64,000 nt of DNA from Clostridia bacterium (lineage in GTDB: Bacteria; Bacillota; Clostridia; UMGS1883): positions 183,079 through 247,078 of the forward strand of contig JAZQCM010000001.1 in the NCBI GenBank assembly GCA_045546275.1, given 5' to 3'. A model generated the notes under the pieces. The model was not told where the DNA came from. It saw only the letters and a program-made list of their open reading frames with translations, and did no database searches. The position numbers were made by a program, and so were the translations under genes. Each line of letters begins with the position of its first letter. Positions within the stretch are counted from its first letter, which is position 1. This document shows, in pieces, positions 9,408 through 17,803 of this stretch.

Positions 9408-11468
9408 ATGAAAAAGTTACTTGTTAAAATTTTTGCAATGGTTCTTGCAATGGTTCTTACACTTACTCCCGTTATTCTTTCAAGCGGACAGCAAAACCCC
9501 ACAAAAACCTTTGAAATTGAAAAAAGTGCCAATACTATTACGAGAGGTGAGTTTTCAAAATACCTTTGTGAGTATTTTGAAAAAAACAGCTATGATGAAG
9601 CCTGCGAATTTTCTGATGTAGACGAAAATAGCGAATACTTTAAGTACATTTCAATTGCAGTTTCTGAGGGCTGGATAACAGGCTTTGAGGACAACACGTT
9701 CCGTCCTGATAACAGTATAACCTTTGAACAGGCAATCACTATTTTGTGCAGAGCATCAGGAATTTACGGCAGCTATTATGAATATCCTGCCGATTACATT
9801 TCATATGCTATTGAACATTCGTTTACTGACGGAATAAACGCTTTAATCGGTGAAAGCATCACCGGTGAACAATTGAGTTTAATGCTTGAAAACTTCAACG
9901 AAAACAGGGAAGATGAGCTTTTGGAGGAAGATGGATTTTCCTTTTCTACCGGTTTATTTGGCTTTAGCGGTGGTGGCTCATCCTATTCCAAATCAAAATC
10001 TGAGAGCGTAAATATGATGGCAGATTTTGAAGCCGGTGTATGGGAAGAAGCAGAAATTGACATGGATGATGCTTTTTATGGCAGTTTTAATACCGAAGAG
10101 TATGTAAAAGAGGCTGAGAACGTGTTTAAAAACGTGTTAACATCTCCGCTCTCAACATTTTCAATCGACACCGATACTGCCTCCTACAGCAATTTACGCC
10201 GCTTTATTTTAAACGGGCAAAAAATCCCCAATGGTTCGGTAAGAAGCGAAGAGCTTATTAATTATTTTACCTACACAAAGGCTGAAACTGAGAAAGGCAA
10301 GCCATTTGGTGTTAATTATTCTGTCGGAGAATGTCCTTGGAACAAAGAAAATTATCTTGCAATGATAACAGTTTCAGGCGAAGAGCTCACAGAATACAAG
10401 CCTTCTAATTTGGTATTTTTGATTGACACGTCTGGCTCTATGAGCGATTATAACAAGCTTCCTTTGGTAAAGAAAGCTCTCTCCATGCTTCTTGACAAGC
10501 TTACCGAAAAGGACACAATATCAATTGTTACTTATGCATCGGGAACAAAAGTTGCACTTGAAAGCACAAAAGCAACCGAAAAGGAAAAGATTTTAAGCGC
10601 AATTGATTCATTGATGGCATATGGTGCTACTTCCGGCGCAAGCGGTATAAATCTTGCTTATGATTTGGCCGAAAAAAACAAGCTTTCCGACGGAAACAAC
10701 AGAATTGTCCTTTGCACAGACGGTGACTTTAATGTTGGCATTTCTTCAACAGGAGATTTAGAAAAGCTTATTGAGGAAAAAAGAAAAAGTGGCATATTTT
10801 TAAGCGTTTTAGGCTTCGGTATGGGTAACTACAAAGACAACAGAATGGAAACCTTAGCCGACAAAGGAAACGGTAATTATGCATATATTGACAACCTTCG
10901 CGAAGCAAAGAAAGTTCTTGTTGACGAAATGAGTAAAACTATTTACACAATTGCAAAAGACGTTAAAATACAGGTTGAGTTTAACCCTGAAACCGTAAAG
11001 GAATACCGCCTTATAGGTTATGAAAACCGACAGCTCAACAACGAAGACTTTGAAAATGACAAGGTAGATGCAGGCGAGCTTGGAGCAGGTGCCACAGTCA
11101 CAGTTCTTTACGAATTAGTTCCGTCTAATGGAAACGTAGAGAATAAGTTAAAGTATCAGACTGTTGAAACCAACGGCAGCAATGAATTGATGTGTGTTAA
11201 AATCCGCTACAAAGAACCAAACGGCACAGAAAGTATTTTGTCAGAATATCCTGTTTTAAAAGAATATAATCAAAGTATTGAAAAGGATTTCTTCTTTGCA
11301 TCGGCTGTAGCAGAACTTGGTATGCTTTTGAGCGAATCTGAATATAAAGGCAATTCAACTTTTGAAAATGTTATAGGTTTAGCGAGACAGGGCATGGACG
11401 AAGATAAATTCGGACTCCGCTGTGAATTTATACAGCTGGTAGACTTATTGAGGTATAGCAGCAAATAA
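9408..11468 (+). CDS. Secreted cell-wall-associated von Willebrand factor A domain protein: signal peptide, SLH-like domain, VWA (MIDAS DTSGS) and a YfbK-like C-terminal domain
   Basis: Hydrophobic N-terminus. The segment FSDVDENSEYFKYISIAVSEGWITGF is SLH-like. LVFLIDTSGSM...TDGDFNVG is a VWA domain. RBS GGAGAG before the ATG at 9408. Confidence 0.7.
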   Translation: MKKLLVKIFAMVLAMVLTLTPVILSSGQQNPTKTFEIEKSANTITRGEFSKYLCEYFEKNSYDEACEFSDVDENSEYFKYISIAVSEGWITGFEDNTFRPDNSITFEQAITILCRASGIYGSYYEYPADYISYAIEHSFTDGINALIGESITGEQLSLMLENFNENREDELLEEDGFSFSTGLFGFSGGGSSYSKSKSESVNMMADFEAGVWEEAEIDMDDAFYGSFNTEEYVKEAENVFKNVLTSPLSTFSIDTDTASYSNLRRFILNGQKIPNGSVRSEELINYFTYTKAETEKGKPFGVNYSVGECPWNKENYLAMITVSGEELTEYKPSNLVFLIDTSGSMSDYNKLPLVKKALSMLLDKLTEKDTISIVTYASGTKVALESTKATEKEKILSAIDSLMAYGATSGASGINLAYDLAEKNKLSDGNNRIVLCTDGDFNVGISSTGDLEKLIEEKRKSGIFLSVLGFGMGNYKDNRMETLADKGNGNYAYIDNLREAKKVLVDEMSKTIYTIAKDVKIQVEFNPETVKEYRLIGYENRQLNNEDFENDKVDAGELGAGATVTVLYELVPSNGNVENKLKYQTVETNGSNELMCVKIRYKEPNGTESILSEYPVLKEYNQSIEKDFFFASAVAELGMLLSESEYKGNSTFENVIGLARQGMDEDKFGLRCEFIQLVDLLRYSSK

Positions 11469-11471
11469 CAT

Positions 11472-11498
11472 AAAAAGACCGCACAAGCGGTCTTTTTA
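11472..11498 (+). terminator. Intrinsic terminator
   Basis: AAAAAGACCGCACAAGCGGTCTTTTTA. Confidence 0.8.
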
Positions 11499-11500
11499 TG

Positions 11501-11529
11501 TTGAATTAAGAAAAAAGTTATGTTATAAT
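11501..11529 (+). promoter_or_regulatory. sigma-A-type promoter TTGAAT-17-TATAAT for the MATE gene
   Basis: Hexamers read at 11501-11506 and 11524-11529. Confidence 0.55.
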
Positions 11530-11559
11530 CATTTCGTTGTATGAAACGAGGTTGATTAT

Positions 11560-12930
11560 ATGTTGAAAAAATTATTTGCACCTACAGACATGACTGTGGG
11601 AAGTCCCTGGAAAAGCATTGTTTTATTTACTCTTCCAATGCTTATAGGCAATATTGCCCAGCAGCTTTACAACACTGTTGACAGCATTGTGGTTGGTAAA
11701 TATATTGGCGATAACGCGTTAGCGTCGGTAGGCAGTGCTGGTCCTATATTAAACATGCTTCTGGTGTTGTTCATTGGTATTTCCGCAGGTGCCAACATTA
11801 TGGTTTCTCAGTACTTTGGCGCCAAAGACCGCGAAAGCTTATCTTACACCATCGGTAACTGTATTACTGTAACGGCAATATCCTGTGTTATACTGATTGT
11901 GATTGCAACGCCGTTAATCAGACCTGTTCTGGCAATGCTTAATACACCGCCTACTATTATTGAAGGCTGTGGAGACTATCTTATGATTTCCCTTATCGGC
12001 ATTGCGGGCATGGGCTACTATAACATCCTCAGCGGTGTAATCCGAGGCATGGGCGACTCTTTCTCTGCACTTGTATATCTTTTGATTTCTACTGTTATAA
12101 ACATTGTACTGGACATTTACTTTGTTGCAGTTGTGAACATGGGTGTAGGCGGTGTTGCACTGGCTACTGTTATTGCCCAGATGATTTCTTCAATATTTTG
12201 TTTTATAAAGCTTTCAAAAATGCGTGAGCACTTTGATTTTGGGTTTAAATATCTTAAACCAAAGAGCAAATATGTAAATACAATTGTTCGTTTGGGCGTG
12301 CCTTCGGGTCTTACACAGGCTATTTTCTCTTCAGCAATGATTATTGTACAATCCCTTACAAATTGCTTTGGTGAACAGTTTATTGCAGCAAACGTTGTTA
12401 TCATGCGCGTGGATGGCTTTGCAATGATGCCCAATTTTTCATTTGGTACAGCGCTTACCACATATGCAGGTCAGAACGTGGGAGCAAAGCGATATGACAG
12501 AGTTGTGCAAGGTGCAAAGCAGGGAACACTTATTGCTGTTTTATGCTCCACAACAATTACTGTTGCAATTCTCTTTTTTGGCAAATTATTAATGGGTGTA
12601 TTTACCGACACCAAGGAACTTGTTGATTTAAGCTTTTATCTCATGAAAATTCTTGCTGCAGGTTACATTGCCGTTGCAGTAACACAAAGCCTTTCCGGAA
12701 TTATGCGTGGCGCAGGGGACACAATGACACCCATGTGGATATCACTCATTACAACTGTAGCACTCCGTGTACCTGTTGCATACGGAATATCGTTTTTAAC
12801 AAGAAGCGAGCTTCTTCCTTACGGTAGAAGCGAATGCATACAGATTTCACTGCTTGTGTCATGGGTAATGGGCGCAGTTCTTACAGCGCTCTTTTACAGC
12901 AGAGGAAAATGGAAAACAAAAGCAATATAA
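11560..12930 (+). CDS. MATE family multidrug/oligosaccharide efflux transporter (12 TM)
   Basis: 456 aa polytopic protein with MATE-like repeated halves. Terminator at 12934-12958. Confidence 0.85.
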   Translation: MLKKLFAPTDMTVGSPWKSIVLFTLPMLIGNIAQQLYNTVDSIVVGKYIGDNALASVGSAGPILNMLLVLFIGISAGANIMVSQYFGAKDRESLSYTIGNCITVTAISCVILIVIATPLIRPVLAMLNTPPTIIEGCGDYLMISLIGIAGMGYYNILSGVIRGMGDSFSALVYLLISTVINIVLDIYFVAVVNMGVGGVALATVIAQMISSIFCFIKLSKMREHFDFGFKYLKPKSKYVNTIVRLGVPSGLTQAIFSSAMIIVQSLTNCFGEQFIAANVVIMRVDGFAMMPNFSFGTALTTYAGQNVGAKRYDRVVQGAKQGTLIAVLCSTTITVAILFFGKLLMGVFTDTKELVDLSFYLMKILAAGYIAVAVTQSLSGIMRGAGDTMTPMWISLITTVALRVPVAYGISFLTRSELLPYGRSECIQISLLVSWVMGAVLTALFYSRGKWKTKAI

Positions 12931-13051
12931 ACTAAAAGACCTCTATGAGGTCTTTTTTGTATGCAAATTGAGACTTAATATCACTTGTACAAAAATCACG
13001 CTATTTTATTGTGCAATATTAACAAAATATAAAAAGTTTTCAAAAAATTAT

Positions 13052-13080
13052 TGACAATATTGCACAAATGTGTTATTTTA
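13052..13080 (+). promoter_or_regulatory. Candidate promoter TTGACA-17-TATTTT (with a downstream TATAAT alternative). A 12-bp inverted repeat TTGTGCAATATT/AATATTGCACAA flanks the -35.
   Basis: TTGACA at 13052. Inverted-repeat arms at ~13008-13019 and ~13058-13069. Confidence 0.4.
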
Positions 13081-13160
13081 TAATTGAACAAAGGGAAAAC
13101 ACAAAAAGCTGAACAAAGAATAAATCAGCTAAGGGAATTTGAACAGAAGGAGTGTTCGAT

Positions 13161-13351
13161 ATGAGGATGATTAGAGCAGTGTATTTGGCTTAAGTGAATT
13201 TCACTACAAGACAAATGAATAGGATGTGTTCTATATGAAAATGATCAGGGCAGTGTATTTAGCTTAGTGAATTAAATTCACTACAGAATGAATATATAAG
13301 GATGTGTTCTATATGAAAATGATCAGAGCAGTGTATTTTATCAGAAAATAA
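13161..13351 (+). other. Tandem array of three SD-preceded mini-ORFs: 13161-13193 MRMIRAVYLA, 13235-13267 MKMIRAVYLA, 13313-13351 MKMIRAVYFIRK. A palindrome AGTGAA(T)TTCACT follows the first two. Two more SD (GCGGAGGA)-preceded sORFs lie at 13370-13381 (MYD) and 13453-13512 (19 aa).
   Basis: Repeat period of 74-78 nt. The units differ mostly by synonymous or conservative changes (AGG>AAA R>K, ATT>ATC, AGA>AGG, TTG>TTA, TAA>TAG). Each mini-ORF has AAGGAG/AAGGATG 6-8 nt upstream of its ATG. Confidence 0.4.
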
Positions 13352-13672
13352 TACGCGGAGGACAGTCCAATGTATGATTAAAAATTAACCAATCAGTTTG
13401 GTTAACAACATAAACAACTTAATAGTTTCGTTTTGCGCGGAGGATAGGAAAAATGTTAAAGTTCATTTCAGCAAAACAAATCAAACGTATCTTAATCAAT
13501 CCGGGTGTGTAGGAGGACTTACCATTGAATAATTAATAATGGCAAAAACAACCCAACCTGAAGTTTAAAATTTAGTTTACATAAAGAATACGCATTGATA
13601 CTGTGAAACGAAGCTAACTTGAAAGTTGACAATTCAATAGTTTATAAGCAATTTAGTTAAATGTTTATATAG

Positions 13673-13708
13673 AAATCCCGATAACCAAAGTTATCGGGAT
13701 TTTATTTA
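13673..13708 (+). terminator. Intrinsic terminator/attenuator immediately upstream of the choloylglycine hydrolase gene
   Basis: AAATCCCGATAAC-caaa-GTTATCGGGATTTTATTT. Confidence 0.75.
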
Positions 13709-13741
13709 TGAATTTTACCAATACTAAGCTTGGTGATTAAT

Positions 13742-14599
13742 ATGTGTACTGCAATCAGATTTAACAATTCTCTTTTTGGCAGAAATTTGGATGTTGATTC
13801 CTCTTACGGCGAAAAGGTTATTATAACACCAAGAAAATACCCATTTATCTATAACAATAACCACTACGCTTTTATAGGCACAGGAATTGTTATAGATGAT
13901 TATCCGCTGTATTTCGACGGAACAAATGAAATGGGTTTAAGTATTGCGGCATTGAGGTTTAAAGGCTGTGCTTATTACTTCATGCCATTTGACAAAAAGA
14001 TTAACATCCCGTCATATGATTTTATAAATTATATTCTGTCGAACTGCAAAACAGTAAAAGAATGCAAAAACTTGTTGAAGAATGTTAATATTACGAACAA
14101 AAGCTTTTCTGAAAAACTACCTAATGAACCTTTACATTGGATGATTTCGGATAAAAAAGAATCAATTACCGTAGAAAGTGTAAAAAACGGCTTGAAAATT
14201 TACCATAATAAATATGACATTTTAACAAATGAACCCACTTTTGACATTCACATTGAAAATATTGAAAAAGAAAAGATAATATCATGGGATTATTCCGCTG
14301 AGTCAAGGTTTTTACGAGGAGAGCACATTAAGTGCATTTCGTCTGCAGGAAATAATAAAAACGAGAAAATCAGCTGCTTTTTTCACATTCTATCCTCAGT
14401 AGCACAACAAAAGAATACCCAAAAGAATGAATTTACTTTGTATTCCTCCTGTTGTGACATTGAAAAAATCATTTATTACTATAAAACCTATGATAATTTT
14501 TCAATTCGCTGTGTTGATATAAATAAAGAAAACTTAAATGGCAAATCTCTTATTTGTTATGAAATGAATAATGATTTTCAGATATTTGAGCAAAATTAA
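13742..14599 (+). CDS. Choloylglycine hydrolase family Ntn-hydrolase (bile-salt hydrolase / penicillin V acylase-like linear amide C-N hydrolase)
   Basis: Cys directly after the ATG start (MCTAIRF..NLD), which is the Ntn Cys nucleophile motif. ~285 aa, typical of the family. The ORF-track start at 13730 is TTG; the ATG at 13742 is preferred. Confidence 0.75.
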   Translation: MCTAIRFNNSLFGRNLDVDSSYGEKVIITPRKYPFIYNNNHYAFIGTGIVIDDYPLYFDGTNEMGLSIAALRFKGCAYYFMPFDKKINIPSYDFINYILSNCKTVKECKNLLKNVNITNKSFSEKLPNEPLHWMISDKKESITVESVKNGLKIYHNKYDILTNEPTFDIHIENIEKEKIISWDYSAESRFLRGEHIKCISSAGNNKNEKISCFFHILSSVAQQKNTQKNEFTLYSSCCDIEKIIYYYKTYDNFSIRCVDINKENLNGKSLICYEMNNDFQIFEQN

Positions 14600-14626
14600 A
14601 AGGCACTTATTAAGTGCCTTTTAATT
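14596..14626. terminator. Bidirectional terminator between the convergent genes
   Basis: AAAAGGCACTTATTAAGTGCCTTTT, flanked by A and T runs. Confidence 0.75.
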
Positions 14627-15160
14627 TTAGTTATTTCCAAACTTCTTTTCATATTCTTCCATACAACTGGCAATAATTTCTTCCGCTTCCTGACGGCCGA
14701 GAACTTCTTTAACTGCAGTTTCTTTGTCCTCCAAAAGCTTGTACACTTCAAAAAAGTGTGTTATTTCTTTAAAAATATGTTCAGGAAGATCACGAAGGTC
14801 TTTATAACCTGAATATGTAGGGTCTTTAAAGGGGAGGGCAATAATTTTTTCGTCAACTTCACCGTTGTCAATCATTTTAATAACGCCGATGGGATAAACA
14901 CGAACCAAAACAGCAGGATCAATTCTTTCCTGGCAAAGCACAAGAACATCCAACGGGTCGTTATCGCCTGCATATGTGCGGGGAATAAAGCCATAGTTTG
15001 CAGGATAGTGTGTAGACGTGTACAAAACTCGGTCAAGAACAATCATACCTGTTTCTTTGTCAAGCTCGTACTTGTTTTTACAACCCTTGGGAATTTCAAT
15101 AACTGCAACAAAGTCGTCCTTTTTAATTCGCTCCTTAGAAATGTCATGCCAAATGTTCAT
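14627..15160 (-). CDS. ppa: Inorganic pyrophosphatase (family I)
   Basis: Conserved family-I PPase blocks (EIPKG..KYE.D, DNDPLD). Confidence 0.9.
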   Translation of the reverse strand: MNIWHDISKERIKKDDFVAVIEIPKGCKNKYELDKETGMIVLDRVLYTSTHYPANYGFIPRTYAGDNDPLDVLVLCQERIDPAVLVRVYPIGVIKMIDNGEVDEKIIALPFKDPTYSGYKDLRDLPEHIFKEITHFFEVYKLLEDKETAVKEVLGRQEAEEIIASCMEEYEKKFGNN

Positions 15161-15184
15161 AATGTTACATCCTTTCTTAGATAA

Positions 15185-16456
15185 TTAAAATCTGTACTTT
15201 TTGGGATAGTGGTTTTTTAATTGTCCGTTTGCGGATTTAAACCAACCCATGGGAAATCCTGTATATAAAGCGGCACCCCAACCATTTGGAGCAGCCCCGT
15301 TTATAACGTCGCCGTGATAATAAAGGTCAATATTATTATCTTTCATTTCGTAGGAAATCTTAAAATTTTCCTTCTTTAAAGCCATACACAAGTGGTGTGC
15401 AGGTTCAAAACGATTCTTCTTCAATTCACCCAGATGAAGTCCGGGTAAAATGAGCTTTATGTTTTGAATGTCGCCGAATAAATCTGGCAACAAATATAAA
15501 TTTTCGCCAAAAAGAAGGAACTTTCCTTTAAGCTTTGTATTGAGAAAATCCTTTTCGAACTGTTTGAAGGGTGATGGGTCAGCCTCTTTTAAGAGTGGTT
15601 TGCGCTTGTTGAAATTCACATCGCCATTCTTTTTCAGCTTTGCGGCAAAATGTCCTTCGCCTTTCTTTTCGTGGGGGTATATATGCTCCATTGTTTCAAG
15701 AGTAAATTCGGGATGTGTTTCTAAAAATACATGTACAGTATCTTCGTTTTCGCAGGGGGCAAAGGTGCAAGTTGAATAAACCAGTGTTCCTCCTGAAGAA
15801 AGCATTTTTGCAGCAGAATTTAAAATGTGTTGTTGTCTTTGTGCGCAGGATAAGGTGTGCTCAACACTCCACGCATTAATCGCCTCGGCCTCTTTTTTAA
15901 ACATTCCTTCGCCTGAACAGGGAGCATCCACAAGGATTTTATTAAAAAATCCTTCAAATTCATCTTCCATATCTTCAGGACTCATATTTGTGACAACGGC
16001 ATTCATTACTCCCGTGCGTTCAATGTTTTCGCGAAGAATCAAAGCTCTTGAACGGACAATTTCGTTAGAAACCAAAAGTCCCTTACCATTAAGCTTTGCG
16101 GCAATCTGCGTGGATTTTCCGCCGGGGGCGGCACACAGGTCCAAAACTATGTCTCCTTCGTTAACATCTAAAAGTTCTGCCGAAATCATGGCTGAAGGCT
16201 CCTGGGAATAGAAAAGACCTGTTTGATGGCATGGATTTTTACCAAAACCACCCTCATAATAAAACCCTGTGGGACACCAATCAACCTTGCCGGTAGAATA
16301 GGGAAAAATTTTGAGCAATTCTTCGGGCGTAATTTTAAGAGTATTTACTCTGAAACCGTTATAAGGCGGAGCAGAGTAGGAGTTTAAAAAAGCCTCAAAT
16401 GATGTGTCTAAGGTTTTTTTCATCCTCTGTAAAAAATCTTTCGGAAGTTCTATCAC
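15185..16456 (-). CDS. NOL1/NOP2/Sun-family RNA m5C methyltransferase (RsmF/YebU-like)
   Basis: SAM-binding motif DLCAAPGGKS. Catalytic Cys motifs DAPCSG and TLVYSTCT. Confidence 0.75.
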   Translation of the reverse strand: MIELPKDFLQRMKKTLDTSFEAFLNSYSAPPYNGFRVNTLKITPEELLKIFPYSTGKVDWCPTGFYYEGGFGKNPCHQTGLFYSQEPSAMISAELLDVNEGDIVLDLCAAPGGKSTQIAAKLNGKGLLVSNEIVRSRALILRENIERTGVMNAVVTNMSPEDMEDEFEGFFNKILVDAPCSGEGMFKKEAEAINAWSVEHTLSCAQRQQHILNSAAKMLSSGGTLVYSTCTFAPCENEDTVHVFLETHPEFTLETMEHIYPHEKKGEGHFAAKLKKNGDVNFNKRKPLLKEADPSPFKQFEKDFLNTKLKGKFLLFGENLYLLPDLFGDIQNIKLILPGLHLGELKKNRFEPAHHLCMALKKENFKISYEMKDNNIDLYYHGDVINGAAPNGWGAALYTGFPMGWFKSANGQLKNHYPKKYRF

Positions 16457-17625
16457 TTTAATATACCGCTTTCGTCAATCTTTTCAATTGCTCTTTCAAT
16501 TTCGGGTACGGTTTTAGTAAGAGCAAATCGTACATAGCCTTCGCCAAGAGAGCCAAATGCAATGCCCGGAGTACAAAGAACGCCTGTTTCTTCCAAAAGC
16601 TTAAAGCAAAACTCTTCTGAGGACTTGAATTTTTCGGGCATAGGAAGCCATGCAAACATTGTGCCTTTGCCTTTGGGAACAGTCCATCCAATTGAAGAAA
16701 GACCGTCACAAAGTGCGTCACGTCTTTTCTGATATTCATTGCATTGAGCCTTTAAAAACTCGCTGTAGTCTTCTGTAAGTGCCGAAATAGCTGCCATCTG
16801 GATAGGACGAAATATACCGAAATCATACTGGCTTCTGAGTTTTTTAATTGCATTTATAACTGTTGTGTTGCCTATGGCAAAGGACACACGTGCACCTGTT
16901 AAATTAAACGACTTTGAAAGAGAGAAAAACTCAATTCCAACATCCTTTGCTCCTTCGTGCGAAAGGAAAGATCCGCCTTTTTTGCCATCATAAACAATGT
17001 CAGAATATGCATTGTCATGTACAACTATAATGTTGTGTTTTTTTGCCCATAAAATAAGCTCATCATAAAAATAATCAGGTGCTGTGGCACAAACAGGGTT
17101 GGAAGGATATGAAACAATTATGTATTTAGCTCTTTTAAGAACATCCTCGGGGATTTCATCGAGCTTAGGAAGATAATTATTTTCTTCAAGTACAGGGTAG
17201 TAGTATTCTTCAGCACCGCCAAGATACGCACCAGCCGAAAAAATGGGGTAACCGGGATTGGGAAGAAGGGCAATGTCACCCTTATCGCAAAGTGCCATTG
17301 CCAAATGGCCAATGCCTTCCTGACTGCCGTTGGTTGCAGTGATTTCTTCGGGTAAAATTTCGGTATTGAAGCGTTTTTTGTAATAATTGCAAAGAGCTTT
17401 TTTCAGTTCAGGAAGTTCGGTAAGGGTATAACCATAGGTTGTAGGGTCATTAACGCCTTTAGCCATTTCTTCCACAACCTCTTTTGGTGCAACAAAATCA
17501 GGAGTGCCAATCGAGAAGTTAATAACCTCTTTACCCAGCTTTTCCATGTCAATACGCTTTTGGTCAAGAAAAGCAAAAATACCTGTTTTAAAATGGTCTA
17601 ATCTCTTTGATGTGTTAATTTTCAA
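16453..17625 (-). CDS. Class I/II PLP-dependent aminotransferase (aspartate / LL-DAP aminotransferase-like)
   Basis: 390 aa; SxSKxF PLP-lysine region (FSLSKSFNLTGARV). Confidence 0.75.
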   Translation of the reverse strand: MKINTSKRLDHFKTGIFAFLDQKRIDMEKLGKEVINFSIGTPDFVAPKEVVEEMAKGVNDPTTYGYTLTELPELKKALCNYYKKRFNTEILPEEITATNGSQEGIGHLAMALCDKGDIALLPNPGYPIFSAGAYLGGAEEYYYPVLEENNYLPKLDEIPEDVLKRAKYIIVSYPSNPVCATAPDYFYDELILWAKKHNIIVVHDNAYSDIVYDGKKGGSFLSHEGAKDVGIEFFSLSKSFNLTGARVSFAIGNTTVINAIKKLRSQYDFGIFRPIQMAAISALTEDYSEFLKAQCNEYQKRRDALCDGLSSIGWTVPKGKGTMFAWLPMPEKFKSSEEFCFKLLEETGVLCTPGIAFGSLGEGYVRFALTKTVPEIERAIEKIDESGILK

Positions 17626-17742
17626 TGTCTATCACCTTTGCATATAACTTTTATTTATTTATTATCTCACATATCTTTACATATTTCAAGTGCTGATACG
17701 AAAAAACGTATATTTTTTTTGGATAGTTTTCACAATATACTG

Positions 17743-17771
17743 TTGCAAAAATGTAGATTTTTTGATATAAT
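17743..17771 (+). promoter_or_regulatory. sigma-A-type promoter TTGCAA-17-TATAAT upstream of the large lyase gene
   Basis: Hexamers at 17743-17748 and 17766-17771. Confidence 0.5.
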
Positions 17772-17803
17772 TACAATATATTTTTATATTAAGGAGTGAA
17801 AAT

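Noticed and set aside
13150-13350. Possible CRISPR array or REP elements suggested by the ~75-bp direct repeats
   Set aside because: There are only three units and no unique spacers. The repeats are longer than CRISPR repeats. Each unit contains SD+ATG+stop with synonymous-biased divergence, which is a coding rather than CRISPR signature. No cas genes are in the window.
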